NCBI GenBank assembly: GCA_963703025.1
Contig: OY969778.1
Location: forward strand, 897,160 to 961,159
Direction of reading: 5' to 3'
Length of the DNA stretch: 64,000 nucleotides
From: an uncultured Pseudomonadota bacterium
Lineage (GTDB): Bacteria; Pseudomonadota; Gammaproteobacteria; Steroidobacterales; Steroidobacteraceae
Shown: piece by piece, positions 29,002-39,880 of the stretch
Position numbering within the stretch: the first letter of the stretch is position 1
Layout of the letters: each line of letters opens with the position of its first letter
Made by a program: the position numbers and the translations under genes
Notes under the pieces: model-generated
What the model saw: only the letters and a program-made list of their open reading frames with translations
Databases searched by the model: none
What the model was told of the DNA's origin: nothing

Positions 29002-30305
29002 AGCGCCTTCTCGCCCGGCTGGGCGTAGTGGCTGCCGTAGACCTGCGTCGCGGCCGCGATCATCTCGCGCTCCACGGCGGTCAACAGCGGGTTCCAGATG
29101 TCGAAGATCAGGATGGCGCGCGGGGTGTCAGAGTTGTTCCAGGCCTCGTGCTCGATGGTGTCGTCGAACACCCATGCCTTGCCCGGCACCCACTCGCGGG
29201 TGGTCCCGCCGACGCGGAAGCCGCAGCCGGGCGGCACGATGAGCGGCAGGTGCACCGTCAGCCGCGTATTGGTGACGCCGGTGTGCGGCGGGATGCGCGT
29301 GTTGGCATCGAGGATGGAGAAGAAAGCCGTCGGGGCGCGGGCGGCCACCTGGGGCCGCGGCACCTCCGCCAGCGCCCGCTCGGTGGCCGGGCACCGCGCG
29401 ATGTGTCCGGCATCCGGCACGCTCTGGTTCCACAAGAAGTACGCGCTCCAGCTGCGCGAACGGTTCAGCGCGCGGAACTGGTCGAGCGGCATGTCGGGGG
29501 GGAAGTCGATGTATGGCTGCAACCCGTCGCGATCGGCCACGAGCACGCGCAGCAGCTCAGCGCGGATCTGGTCGCTGGCCCCCTCCAGTGCCTCCAGCCA
29601 CGGGAAGTCCGTACGCTCGAAGAACTCGATCGCCGGCAGCTCCGGGAAGTACATCCACGTGGGCTGCGAATGGTAGATGCTGCGCCGGCCCATGAGCGCC
29701 TCGATGCACGCATCGACCCGCCGCTGCGCCCCCGCGCCGTGGCGCTCGCGGATTGCCGCCAGCGGCGCTTCCAGCTGCGTGGTGAGGAGGGCCAGATCCT
29801 TGTCGACCAACAGCTGTGCGCGGCGCAGCGCCTCGCGCAGGTGCGCCGGTGGTTCGGTGCCCGGCCGCACGCAGGCCAGCGCGCTCTGGTAGGCGCGCGC
29901 AGCACCGCGCAGCTCCCCTGCATCCTCAAGGTGCGCGCCCTTCTGCAGCAGCGCCGACAGGTGGCGTGGTTCCAGTTCGAGGGCGGTCTGGATCGCGTCC
30001 ATCTCCTCAGCGGAGCGCCCGAGCGCCTTCAGGCTGCTGGCCAGGTTCGCCCACAGCGAGGGGTGCTTCGGGTCGACCTTCGTGGCGCGCTCGAACAGTG
30101 CGCGTGCCTGCTCGGCATTGCGGCGGTCGAGCATGCGCACGCCCAGCTCGTTGAGCACTGCGGGGTGGTTGGGCGCGCGCTGCGCGAGCGCCACCAGGAT
30201 CTGGTCAGATTCGCCGGCACGTCCGGCGACGGCGGCAGCCTTGGCGGACTGCAGGGTGCGGATGACTGCGGCGTCGTCGAGGTCAGCGGGCACTGAGGCA
30301 TTCAA
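28998..30305 (-). CDS. TPR-repeat protein with C-terminal aspartyl/asparaginyl beta-hydroxylase-family (Fe/2OG) domain (435 aa)
   Basis: N-terminal TPR-like repeats (NHPAVLNELGVRMLDRRNAEQARALFERATKVDPKHPSLWANLASSLKALGR...). The C-domain reads RIPPHTGVTNTRLTVHLPLIVP and KAWVFDDTIEHEAWNNSD, the two signature blocks of the Asp_Arg_Hydrox family. The start is TTG 30305 (GTG 30293 is an alternative). No signal peptide or TM segment. Confidence 0.72.
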   Translation of the reverse strand: MNASVPADLDDAAVIRTLQSAKAAAVAGRAGESDQILVALAQRAPNHPAVLNELGVRMLDRRNAEQARALFERATKVDPKHPSLWANLASSLKALGRSAEEMDAIQTALELEPRHLSALLQKGAHLEDAGELRGAARAYQSALACVRPGTEPPAHLREALRRAQLLVDKDLALLTTQLEAPLAAIRERHGAGAQRRVDACIEALMGRRSIYHSQPTWMYFPELPAIEFFERTDFPWLEALEGASDQIRAELLRVLVADRDGLQPYIDFPPDMPLDQFRALNRSRSWSAYFLWNQSVPDAGHIARCPATERALAEVPRPQVAARAPTAFFSILDANTRIPPHTGVTNTRLTVHLPLIVPPGCGFRVGGTTREWVPGKAWVFDDTIEHEAWNNSDTPRAILIFDIWNPLLTAVEREMIAAATQVYGSHYAQPGEKAL

Positions 30306-30337
30306 TCGGTAGTCCCCGGTAGGAGGGCAATGGCACG

Positions 30338-30366
30338 ATTATACGCGTAGCAGTGCAGCCCGGAAC
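30338..30366 (-). promoter_or_regulatory. Possible promoter of the hydroxylase/small-protein operon
   Basis: A perfect TATAAT on the minus strand (30343-30338) lies about 33 nt upstream of the TTG start. The -35 region is poor (GTTCCG/TTCCGG). Confidence 0.3.
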
Positions 30367-30393
30367 GCGCCGCCGCGCAGGTGGCGGCCACAA

Positions 30394-30422
30394 TTGACTC
30401 CCCCGGCGGACTCGGCTTATAT
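30394..30422 (+). promoter_or_regulatory. Probable sigma-70 promoter of the third sulfotransferase operon
   Basis: TTGACT (30394-30399), a 17-nt spacer, then TTATAT (30417-30422). The TTG of this -35 hexamer is what the ORF track uses as the start codon of ORF 30394-32523. Confidence 0.5.
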
Positions 30423-30519
30423 ACCGCCGCCGTCCCAGGGGACGAGCACGGCACCGGGGCGCCAGAACAGGCTCCTGCCGCCGGCACTAACGTGCCACTG
30501 CACTCCCGGAGTCGCCATC

Positions 30520-32523
30520 TTGAGCACCGCTTCCGCCGACCTGGAACTCATGCGTGCCTCGCTGCTGCTTGAGTCGGACCCGCCGGCGGCAGCGCGACGT
30601 GCGAGCGAAATTCTCGCCCAGTTCCCCGGGCACGCCGAGGCCAGCCTGCTGCTGGCCACCGCCTGCCGCAACCTCGGCGAGCCGGCGACCGCGGCAAGCG
30701 TGCTGGAGGGGCTCGTGGCGGGCAATGCCGAGTCGCCGTCGATCCTGCTGGAACTCGGGCGTGCCTACGCCGCCGCCGGACGCTCGGCCGAGGCCATCGC
30801 AGTCATGCAGCGAGCGGTCGCCGCGGATCCGCAGTTCGCCGATGGCTGGCAGCACCTGGCCGCGCAGTACTTCGTGGCCGGGGACACCCTCGCCGGTGAC
30901 GATGCCTACGAGCGCTACACGCTCCTGTGGCGCCGGCCCCAGGAACTGGCCGATGCGATGCGCGCGCTTGCCGACAACCGTGTTGAGGCCGCGGAACAGA
31001 TCCTGCAACGGCGCCTGCAGCACACCCCGCACGATGTCGCCGCGCTGCGGCTATTGACCGAGGTGGCGCTACGGCGCGAAGACGACCTGCAGGCTGAGCG
31101 CTCACTCGGGCAGTGCCTCGCGCTTGCGCCAGGCTACGCGGCAGCGCGCTACGACCTGGCGCGGCTGCTGTATTCCCAGCAGCGCATCGCGGAGATGCTG
31201 GTGCAGCTGGCGCGCCTGCTCGCCGCGCAGCCGCGTAACCTCAACTACCTGGGCCTGAAGGCCCACGGCCTGCGCATACTGGGCAACAACGACGCGGCAA
31301 TGAAGCTCGTCCAGGAGTTGATCGCCGAGTATCCGCTCGAGGAGCAGGTGTGGATACTGTATGGCACCGTGCTGCGCGAGGTCGGTGAGCAGCCGCGCGC
31401 GATCGAGGCGTTCCGGCAGGCGCTCATCGTGCGCCCCGGCTCATCCAGCGCGTACGCAAGTCTTGCCAACCTCAAGACCTTCCGCTTCAGCACCGAGGAG
31501 CTCACGGCCATGCGCGAGCAGCTGGCGCTCGACAGCGTGCGCGGCGCCGATCGCGTCCAGCTCGAATTCGCCCTGGGCGCCGCATTCGAGCACCGCCACG
31601 AGTTTGCGCAGTCCTTCGAACACTATGCGCGCGGCAACAGCCTGCATCGCTCCACCCTGTTCTACGACCCGGGGTTCGTGACCGAACGGGTGCAGCGCAC
31701 GCGCGCGTTGTTCAACGCGCAGTTCTTCGCAGAGCGGCAGGGGTGGGGCAGCCAGCAGACCGACCCGATCTTCATCGTCGGCATGCCGCGCTCCGGCTCG
31801 ACGCTGCTCGAACAGATGCTCGCCTGCCACTCGCAGGCGGAGGGCACGCGCGAGCTTCCGGATTTGCCGATGCTGGCGCTGGAGCTCCTGGCAAACGTGG
31901 CCGAGCCGACACAGGCGTCGCTGTTCGAGAAGTTTGACGCGTTGCGCCCCGAGGAGGTGGCAACCCTGGCCGCCCGCTACCTCCAGAGCACCCGCGGGCA
32001 CCGGCACCTCGGCAAGGCGCGCTTCGTCGACAAGCTGCCCGGCAACTGGTCACTGCTGGGCTTCGCGATGCTGCTGTTCCCGCGCGCGTCGATCATCGAC
32101 GCGCGCCGCCACCCGCTCGCCAGCGGCTTCTCCTGCTACAAGCAGCTGTTCAGCCGCGGCCAGCAATTTACCTACGACCTGCGCGAGGTCGGGCTCTTCG
32201 CACGCGACTACACCACGCTCATGCAGCACTTCGATGACATCCTCCCCGGGCGGGTCCACCGCGTGCACTACGAACACCTGATCAGCGACCCTGAAGCTGA
32301 GCTGCGCAGGCTCCTGGAATACTGCGGCCTGCCCTTCGAGGAGCAGTGCCTGCGCTTCCACGAGAACCGGCGCGCCGTATCGACCTTAAGTTCCGAGCAG
32401 GTGCGCCAGCCGCTCTACTCGGAGAGCGTGGATCACTGGCGCAACTACGAACCGTGGCTGGGTCCGCTGAAGGACGCGCTGGGCGGCCTTGTTGCGCAGT
32501 ACCCGCAGGTCCCGAAGCCCTGA
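30520..32523 (+). CDS. TPR-repeat protein with C-terminal sulfotransferase domain (paralog 3, about 667 aa)
   Basis: The start is taken at TTG 30520 (GGAG 8 nt upstream); in-frame ATG 30550 is an alternative. It has a long TPR array (ILLELGRAYAAAGRSAEAIAVMQRAVAADPQFADGWQHLAAQYF...). Sulfotransferase motifs are IFIVGMPRSGSTLLEQML and IIDARRHPLASGFSCY. Confidence 0.75.
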   Translation: MSTASADLELMRASLLLESDPPAAARRASEILAQFPGHAEASLLLATACRNLGEPATAASVLEGLVAGNAESPSILLELGRAYAAAGRSAEAIAVMQRAVAADPQFADGWQHLAAQYFVAGDTLAGDDAYERYTLLWRRPQELADAMRALADNRVEAAEQILQRRLQHTPHDVAALRLLTEVALRREDDLQAERSLGQCLALAPGYAAARYDLARLLYSQQRIAEMLVQLARLLAAQPRNLNYLGLKAHGLRILGNNDAAMKLVQELIAEYPLEEQVWILYGTVLREVGEQPRAIEAFRQALIVRPGSSSAYASLANLKTFRFSTEELTAMREQLALDSVRGADRVQLEFALGAAFEHRHEFAQSFEHYARGNSLHRSTLFYDPGFVTERVQRTRALFNAQFFAERQGWGSQQTDPIFIVGMPRSGSTLLEQMLACHSQAEGTRELPDLPMLALELLANVAEPTQASLFEKFDALRPEEVATLAARYLQSTRGHRHLGKARFVDKLPGNWSLLGFAMLLFPRASIIDARRHPLASGFSCYKQLFSRGQQFTYDLREVGLFARDYTTLMQHFDDILPGRVHRVHYEHLISDPEAELRRLLEYCGLPFEEQCLRFHENRRAVSTLSSEQVRQPLYSESVDHWRNYEPWLGPLKDALGGLVAQYPQVPKP

Positions 32524-32533
32524 TGGGCCGCGC

Positions 32534-34735
32534 ATGAGCGAAACCCAGTTCAAGCTCGCGCAGGCGCTCGCGCTGTACCAGCAGCGACGGGTGCCCGAGG
32601 CCGTGGCCCTCTACCGCGAAGTGCTGATGGTCGAGCCGCGCAATGTCGATGCCCTGCACCTGTGCGGACTCGCCCTGGCAAGCCTGGGGGACTTCCAGCG
32701 CTCCCCGATCCTCCTGGACGCGGCCGCGCAGATCGCCCCGGGCAGTGCCATGATCCAGGCGAATCTTGCCGCCGCGCTGAGCGGCGCCGGCCGCGCCGAG
32801 GAGGCGCTTGCCGCCTACGAGCGGGCGCTGGCAATCGAACCCCAGCTGCCGGCAGCGGTGCGCGGGCGGGCCATGGCGCTCATGCATCTCAATCGGCATG
32901 AGGAAGCCGTCGCGGGGTTCCGCGAGGCCCTGAGGATTGCACCGAATGACGACCACGCCGGCAACGGCCTGGGCGTGGTGCTCGAGCAGATGGGCCGCGC
33001 GGACGAGGCGCGCGAACAATTCGCGCGCGCCCTCCTGCTGAACCCGGCAAACGCCGAGGCGCACCATAACCTTGGGCTGCTCGAGGCGACCGCGGGACGG
33101 CATGCCGAGGCGCTCGCGAGCATCGAGCGTGCCCTGGCCTTGCAGCCGCGGCAGCCGATCCTGCACCTCAACCACGGGGTCCAGCTGCTCGCCCTCAGGC
33201 GGCCCGAGGAGGCCGTACGCAGCTTCGACCGCGCGCTTGCGCTGCAGCCGCGCGACGCGCTCACGCATCACAACCGCGGCCTCGCCCTGTTCGCCCTCGG
33301 GCGCCACGAGGAGTCACTCGCAAGCTTCGATCGCGCGCTCGAAGCAGCCCCCGATCATGCCGCACGACAGCTGTGGCGCGGCAAGACACTGCTGGAGCTC
33401 GGGCGACCGGCCGAGGCACTCGCCGCCTTCGAGATTGCGCGCCAGTGCGCGCCGGGGGAATTCGAGGTGCACATGCACTGCGGCGGCGCGCTCACGCTGC
33501 TGGAGCGCCACGAGGAGTCGCTCGCAAGCTTCGATCGCGCGCTCGCCCTCGAGGCGAACTCACCTGAGGCCGCCAACAACCGCGGTGCGGTGCTGGTGCG
33601 CCTGTTCCGGCCCTCCGAGGCGCTCGAGGAATTCGCGCGTGCGCTGGCCCTGCGCCCGGACTTCGCTGACGCCCTGATCAACACTGGCAATGTGCTGCGC
33701 GGGCTTGGCAGGTTCGACGAGGCGCATCTGCCGCTGCAAAGGGCACGCGAGCTGCGACCGCAGGATGCGAACGTTCGCTGGAGCCAAGCTTTGCTGAGTC
33801 TTTCGCAGGGTGACTTCCGCACGGGCCTGCCGCTGTACGAGGCGCGGCTGGAGCTGCCCCCGGCGAGCCAACTGCAGCATCCTGACGTGCCGCGCTGGAA
33901 TGGCGCTGGATCAATCGCCGGGCGGAGGCTCTATGTGTACGCCGACCAGGGATTGGGCGACACGCTGCAGTTCTGCCGCTACATACCGGTGCTCGAGGGA
34001 CTCGGGGCGCAGGTGATCTTCGCCGTCCAGCCGGTACTGGTACAGCTGCTGCAGTCGCTGCCGATGCGCGGACAGCTGATCGCGCGCGGCGAGCCGGCAC
34101 CCGGGGCTGAACTCTCCGTGCCGCTGGCGAGCGTGCCGCTGGCGCTGGGCACCGAGATCGCAACGATCCCGGGGGGCGTGCCCTACCTGCGCGCGGAGCC
34201 CAAGTCAGCGATCACCTGGGCCGGCCGGCTCGCGGCATTGCCCGGCGTCAAGGTGGGACTCAACTGGCACGGCAACCCGGCCGCGGAGAAATTCGCGGCC
34301 CTGCAGGCCCGCTCGTTCCCGCTGGCGGCCGCGGCGCCGCTGGCGCAAGTCAAGGGTGTCAGCCTGGTCTCGCTCCAGAAGGGTGACGGCGCGCAGCAGC
34401 GCGAGCGCGTGAGCTTTGCTGACGCGCTCGCGCAGCTTACCGAGCCGTCACACATGGGAGCCGCGGAACTTGCGACCGAGACTGCCGCGCTGATCGAGGG
34501 TCTGGACCTGGTCATCACCGCGGACACCGCGCTCGCCCACCTCGCCGGGGCCCTGGGCGTGCCGGTCTGGGTCATGCTGCAGCACATCCCTGACTGGCGC
34601 TGGCTCACCGACCGGTCAGACAGCCCGTGGTATCCCACCATGCGGCTGTTCCGCCAGAGTGCGGCGGGGAACTGGGACGAGTTGTTCGAGCGCGTCGCCA
34701 GCGAGCTGTCCGCCCTGGTGCGCGCACGTGCCTGA
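32534..34735 (+). CDS. TPR-repeat protein with C-terminal GT9-like (heptosyltransferase-fold) glycosyltransferase domain (about 733 aa)
   Basis: ATG 32534 lies 10 nt after the preceding stop. About 12 TPR units are present (AVALYREVLMVEPRNVDALHLCGLAL..., repeated A..fdRALAlqP pattern). The C-domain reads RRLYVYADQGLGDTLQFCRYIPVL...VGLNWHGNP...LVITADTALAHLAGALGVPVWVML...WYPTMRLFRQ, as in GT9-type enzymes. The domain call is from motif recall only. Confidence 0.6.
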   Translation: MSETQFKLAQALALYQQRRVPEAVALYREVLMVEPRNVDALHLCGLALASLGDFQRSPILLDAAAQIAPGSAMIQANLAAALSGAGRAEEALAAYERALAIEPQLPAAVRGRAMALMHLNRHEEAVAGFREALRIAPNDDHAGNGLGVVLEQMGRADEAREQFARALLLNPANAEAHHNLGLLEATAGRHAEALASIERALALQPRQPILHLNHGVQLLALRRPEEAVRSFDRALALQPRDALTHHNRGLALFALGRHEESLASFDRALEAAPDHAARQLWRGKTLLELGRPAEALAAFEIARQCAPGEFEVHMHCGGALTLLERHEESLASFDRALALEANSPEAANNRGAVLVRLFRPSEALEEFARALALRPDFADALINTGNVLRGLGRFDEAHLPLQRARELRPQDANVRWSQALLSLSQGDFRTGLPLYEARLELPPASQLQHPDVPRWNGAGSIAGRRLYVYADQGLGDTLQFCRYIPVLEGLGAQVIFAVQPVLVQLLQSLPMRGQLIARGEPAPGAELSVPLASVPLALGTEIATIPGGVPYLRAEPKSAITWAGRLAALPGVKVGLNWHGNPAAEKFAALQARSFPLAAAAPLAQVKGVSLVSLQKGDGAQQRERVSFADALAQLTEPSHMGAAELATETAALIEGLDLVITADTALAHLAGALGVPVWVMLQHIPDWRWLTDRSDSPWYPTMRLFRQSAAGNWDELFERVASELSALVRARA

Positions 34736-34789
34736 CAGGAAGCGCCTGCGCGCAGCCTCAGGGAATTGGCCCTGCAGGTCGCCAGTGCG

Positions 34790-36215
34790 CTAGGGGGCCG
34801 CTTGCCCACGCGTACACGAGCGCGTCCAGTCTTCCGGTTTCGCACCCGGGTTGTGCCAGCCACACGGTCCGGCGATGAGGTCTTCGGCTTGCGCCGGGCC
34901 CCATGATCCGGGCTGGTACTCCAGCGGCGCGGCGGTTGGCACCAGCACAGGATCGACGATGGCCCAGGCCGCCTCCACCTCGTCCTCGCGCGCAAAGTGC
35001 GCGGTGTCCCCGATCAGCGCCTCGCTGATCAGGACCTCGTAGGCATCCATGTCGCCCTTTTGCTGCTGGGCGACGTAAAGCTCAACGTCGGTGCCGGTCA
35101 TGACGGATCCGGGCTTCTTGGTGTGCGCCCCCAGGGCGATGGCAACATCCGGACCCAGGCGAAAGCGCACGTGGTTCGGCTGGTCCGGCCCCAGTGCGCC
35201 GAATACATTGACCGGCGGCCGCTTGAGTTCCACGACCACCTCGGTGGCGCTCACCGGCAGGCGCTTGCCGGCTCGCAGGTAGAAAGGCACGCCGCCCCAG
35301 CGCCACGAGTCGATGTGCAGCGTGAGCGCCGCGTAGGTCTCGACCTTCGAGTCAGGGGCGACCCCGGGTTCCTGGCGGTAGCCCTTGAACTGGCCGCGCA
35401 CCAGCTCGGCCGGCACCACCGGTCGTATCGCCTTGAGCACCTTGACCTTCTCGTCACGCAGCGACTCGCCGGCAGTGTTGACCGGCGGCTCGATCGCCAG
35501 CAGGGCCACGATCTGCAACAGGTGGTTCTGGATCACATCGCGAATCGCGCCGGTCTCGTCGTAGAACTTGCCGCGACCCTCGACGCCGAGGGTCTCCGCC
35601 ATCGTCACCTGAACGCTGCTGACGTAGTTGCGGTTCCACACCGGTTCGAGGAAGGAGTTGGCGAAGCGGAAATACATCAGGTTCTGCACCGCCTCCTTGC
35701 CCAGGTAGTGGTCGATGCGAAAGATGTTGGACTCGGGGAAGTGCTGCATGCAGCGTCTTGTTGAGCGCCTGCGCGGAGGCGAGGTCGCGCCCGAAAGGCT
35801 TCTCGATCACCACGCGCGTGTTCTGCGGGTCACCGGTCGCCGCCAGGTGTTCGATGACCACCGGAAACATGCTCGGCGGGATCGCAAGGTAGTGCAGTGG
35901 CCGCTGCGCCTTGCCCAGCTCCTTGCTCAGTGCCTCGAAGGTCGAGCGCTGGTTATAGTCGCCATCGACGTACCGCAGCAGCGCGGCCAGGCGCGCGATC
36001 ACCGCCTCCTCGGCATTGGGCACGAACGCCTTGAGGCTCTCGCGCACGTGCGCCTCGAGCTGGCCCAGGTTCCAGCCCTGGCGCGCGACGCCCACGACAG
36101 GAATCGTCAGCAGGTTGCGCCGCACCAGCTGGTACAGGGAGGGGAAGATCTTGCGGTAGCACAGATCCCCGGTCGCCCCGAAGAGCACCATCGCATCGCA
36201 GTCACGGCGTTCCAA
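34790..36215 (-). pseudogene. zwf: Glucose-6-phosphate 1-dehydrogenase; one frame break near 35750
   Basis: TTG 36215 is preceded by AAGGAG at 8 nt. The sequence reads MVLFGATGDLCYRKIFPSLYQL, VVIEKPFGRDLASAQ, then after the break NIFRIDHYLGKEAVQNLMYFRFAN...SVQVTMAETLGVEGRG...RDVIQNHLLQ. Confidence 0.88.
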
Positions 36216-36238
36216 CTTGACGACTCCTTGTCGTGATC

Positions 36239-38565
<2,327 letters not shown>

Positions 38566-38802
38566 TCAGCCCGCCCCGGATTCGGCCGGCGTCAATGCCT
38601 CGATCGACAGCGCATGGATCTCCCGGCCCATCAGTTCGCCGAGCGTGCGGTAGACCAGTTGGTGGCGCGCCAGCGGGCGCTTGCCGTCAAACTCGCCGGC
38701 GACCACGCGCGCGGCGAAATGGGTGTTGTCCTGGGACTGCACGTTCACCAGCGCTCCGGGGAGTCCTGCGCGGATCAGCCGCGCCACTTCTTCTGGGTTC
38801 AT
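38566..38802 (-). CDS. ibaG: BolA-family protein IbaG-like (78 aa)
   Basis: MNPEEVARLIRAGLPGALVNVQSQDNTHFAARVVAGEFDGKRPLARHQLVYRTLGELMGREIHALSIEALTP. It lies immediately upstream of murA, as in E. coli (ibaG-murA). Confidence 0.8.
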   Translation of the reverse strand: MNPEEVARLIRAGLPGALVNVQSQDNTHFAARVVAGEFDGKRPLARHQLVYRTLGELMGREIHALSIEALTPAESGAG

Positions 38803-38851
38803 GGGCGCGATATTACATGGGCGGCTCGCGGCCGCGCCTATAATGAGGCGC

Positions 38852-39865
38852 ATGGATTCGACCGCTTCCGCCTCCTCGGCCCCCGCGCTTGGCAGCACCG
38901 ACGAGCAGCTGCTTGCCTCGGGCAGGCGTGCGCTTCAGATCGAGACGCGCGCGCTCGACGCACTGGCTCCCCGGCTCGGGGCAGCCTTTGCGCACGCCTG
39001 CCGGATCTGCCTGCAGTGCCAGGGCCGGGTCGTGGTGACCGGGATGGGCAAGTCCGGCCACATCGCCGGCAAGATCGCGGCCACCCTGGCAAGCACCGGC
39101 ACACCCGCATTCTTCCTGCACCCCGCCGAGGCCGGCCACGGCGACCTGGGCATGATCACCCGCGCGGACGCGGTGCTGGCCCTCTCCAACTCCGGCGAGA
39201 CGCCCGAACTGGTGCTGCTGCTGCCGCACCTGAAGCGCCTGGGAGTGCCGCTCATCGTGCTGACCGGGCGCGCCGACTCGACCCTCGGCCGGGCAGCGGC
39301 GGTCGTGCTGGACGTGAGCGTTGCGGAGGAGGCCTGCCCGCTGAACCTCGCACCGACCGCGAGCACCACCGCCACGCTTGCCATGGGTGATGCGCTGGCG
39401 GTCTCGGTGCTGGAAGCGCGCGGCTTCACCCGGCAGGACTTCGCGCGCTCCCATCCCGGCGGTGCCCTCGGGCGCAAGCTGCTGCTGCACGTCGAGGAAG
39501 TGATGCGCAGCGGCGACGCCGTCCCGCGCGTCGCCCCCGATGCGCCGCTGCGCGACGGCCTGCTGGAGATGTCGCGCAAGGGCCTCGGGATGACCGTCGT
39601 GGTGGATGGCGAGCAGCGCATCCTCGGGGTCTTTACGGACGGGGACCTGCGCCGGGCCCTGGACCGGCAGATCGACGTCCACACGACCCTCATGAGCTCG
39701 GTGATGACCGTGAACGGCAAGAGCATCGGTGCGCGCGAGCTTGCCGCGGAGGCGGTGCACCTGATGGAGGTCCATCGCATTACCGCCCTGCCAGTAGCCG
39801 ATGCGCAGGGCCGCCTGGTCGGCGCTCTGAACGTGCACGACCTGCTGCGCGCCGGCGTCGTGTGA
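38852..39865 (+). CDS. kdsD: Arabinose-5-phosphate isomerase KdsD (SIS plus tandem CBS)
   Basis: VVVTGMGKSGHIAGKIAATLASTGTPAFFLHPAEAGHGDLG, LSNSGETPEL, APTASTTATLAMGDALA, then two CBS-like repeats. ATG 38843 is an alternative start and overlaps a TATAAT-like hexamer. Confidence 0.88.
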   Translation: MDSTASASSAPALGSTDEQLLASGRRALQIETRALDALAPRLGAAFAHACRICLQCQGRVVVTGMGKSGHIAGKIAATLASTGTPAFFLHPAEAGHGDLGMITRADAVLALSNSGETPELVLLLPHLKRLGVPLIVLTGRADSTLGRAAAVVLDVSVAEEACPLNLAPTASTTATLAMGDALAVSVLEARGFTRQDFARSHPGGALGRKLLLHVEEVMRSGDAVPRVAPDAPLRDGLLEMSRKGLGMTVVVDGEQRILGVFTDGDLRRALDRQIDVHTTLMSSVMTVNGKSIGARELAAEAVHLMEVHRITALPVADAQGRLVGALNVHDLLRAGVV

Positions 39866-39880
39866 GCGCCGACCCACGCC

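Noticed and set aside
30394-30519. The N-terminal 42 codons of the ORF-track model of the third sulfotransferase.
   Set aside because: The proposed TTG start is the first three bases of a TTGACT -35 hexamer, which has a properly spaced TTATAT -10. The encoded peptide (MTPPADSAYIPPPSQGTSTAPGRQNRLLPP...) is unlike the TPR region that follows.
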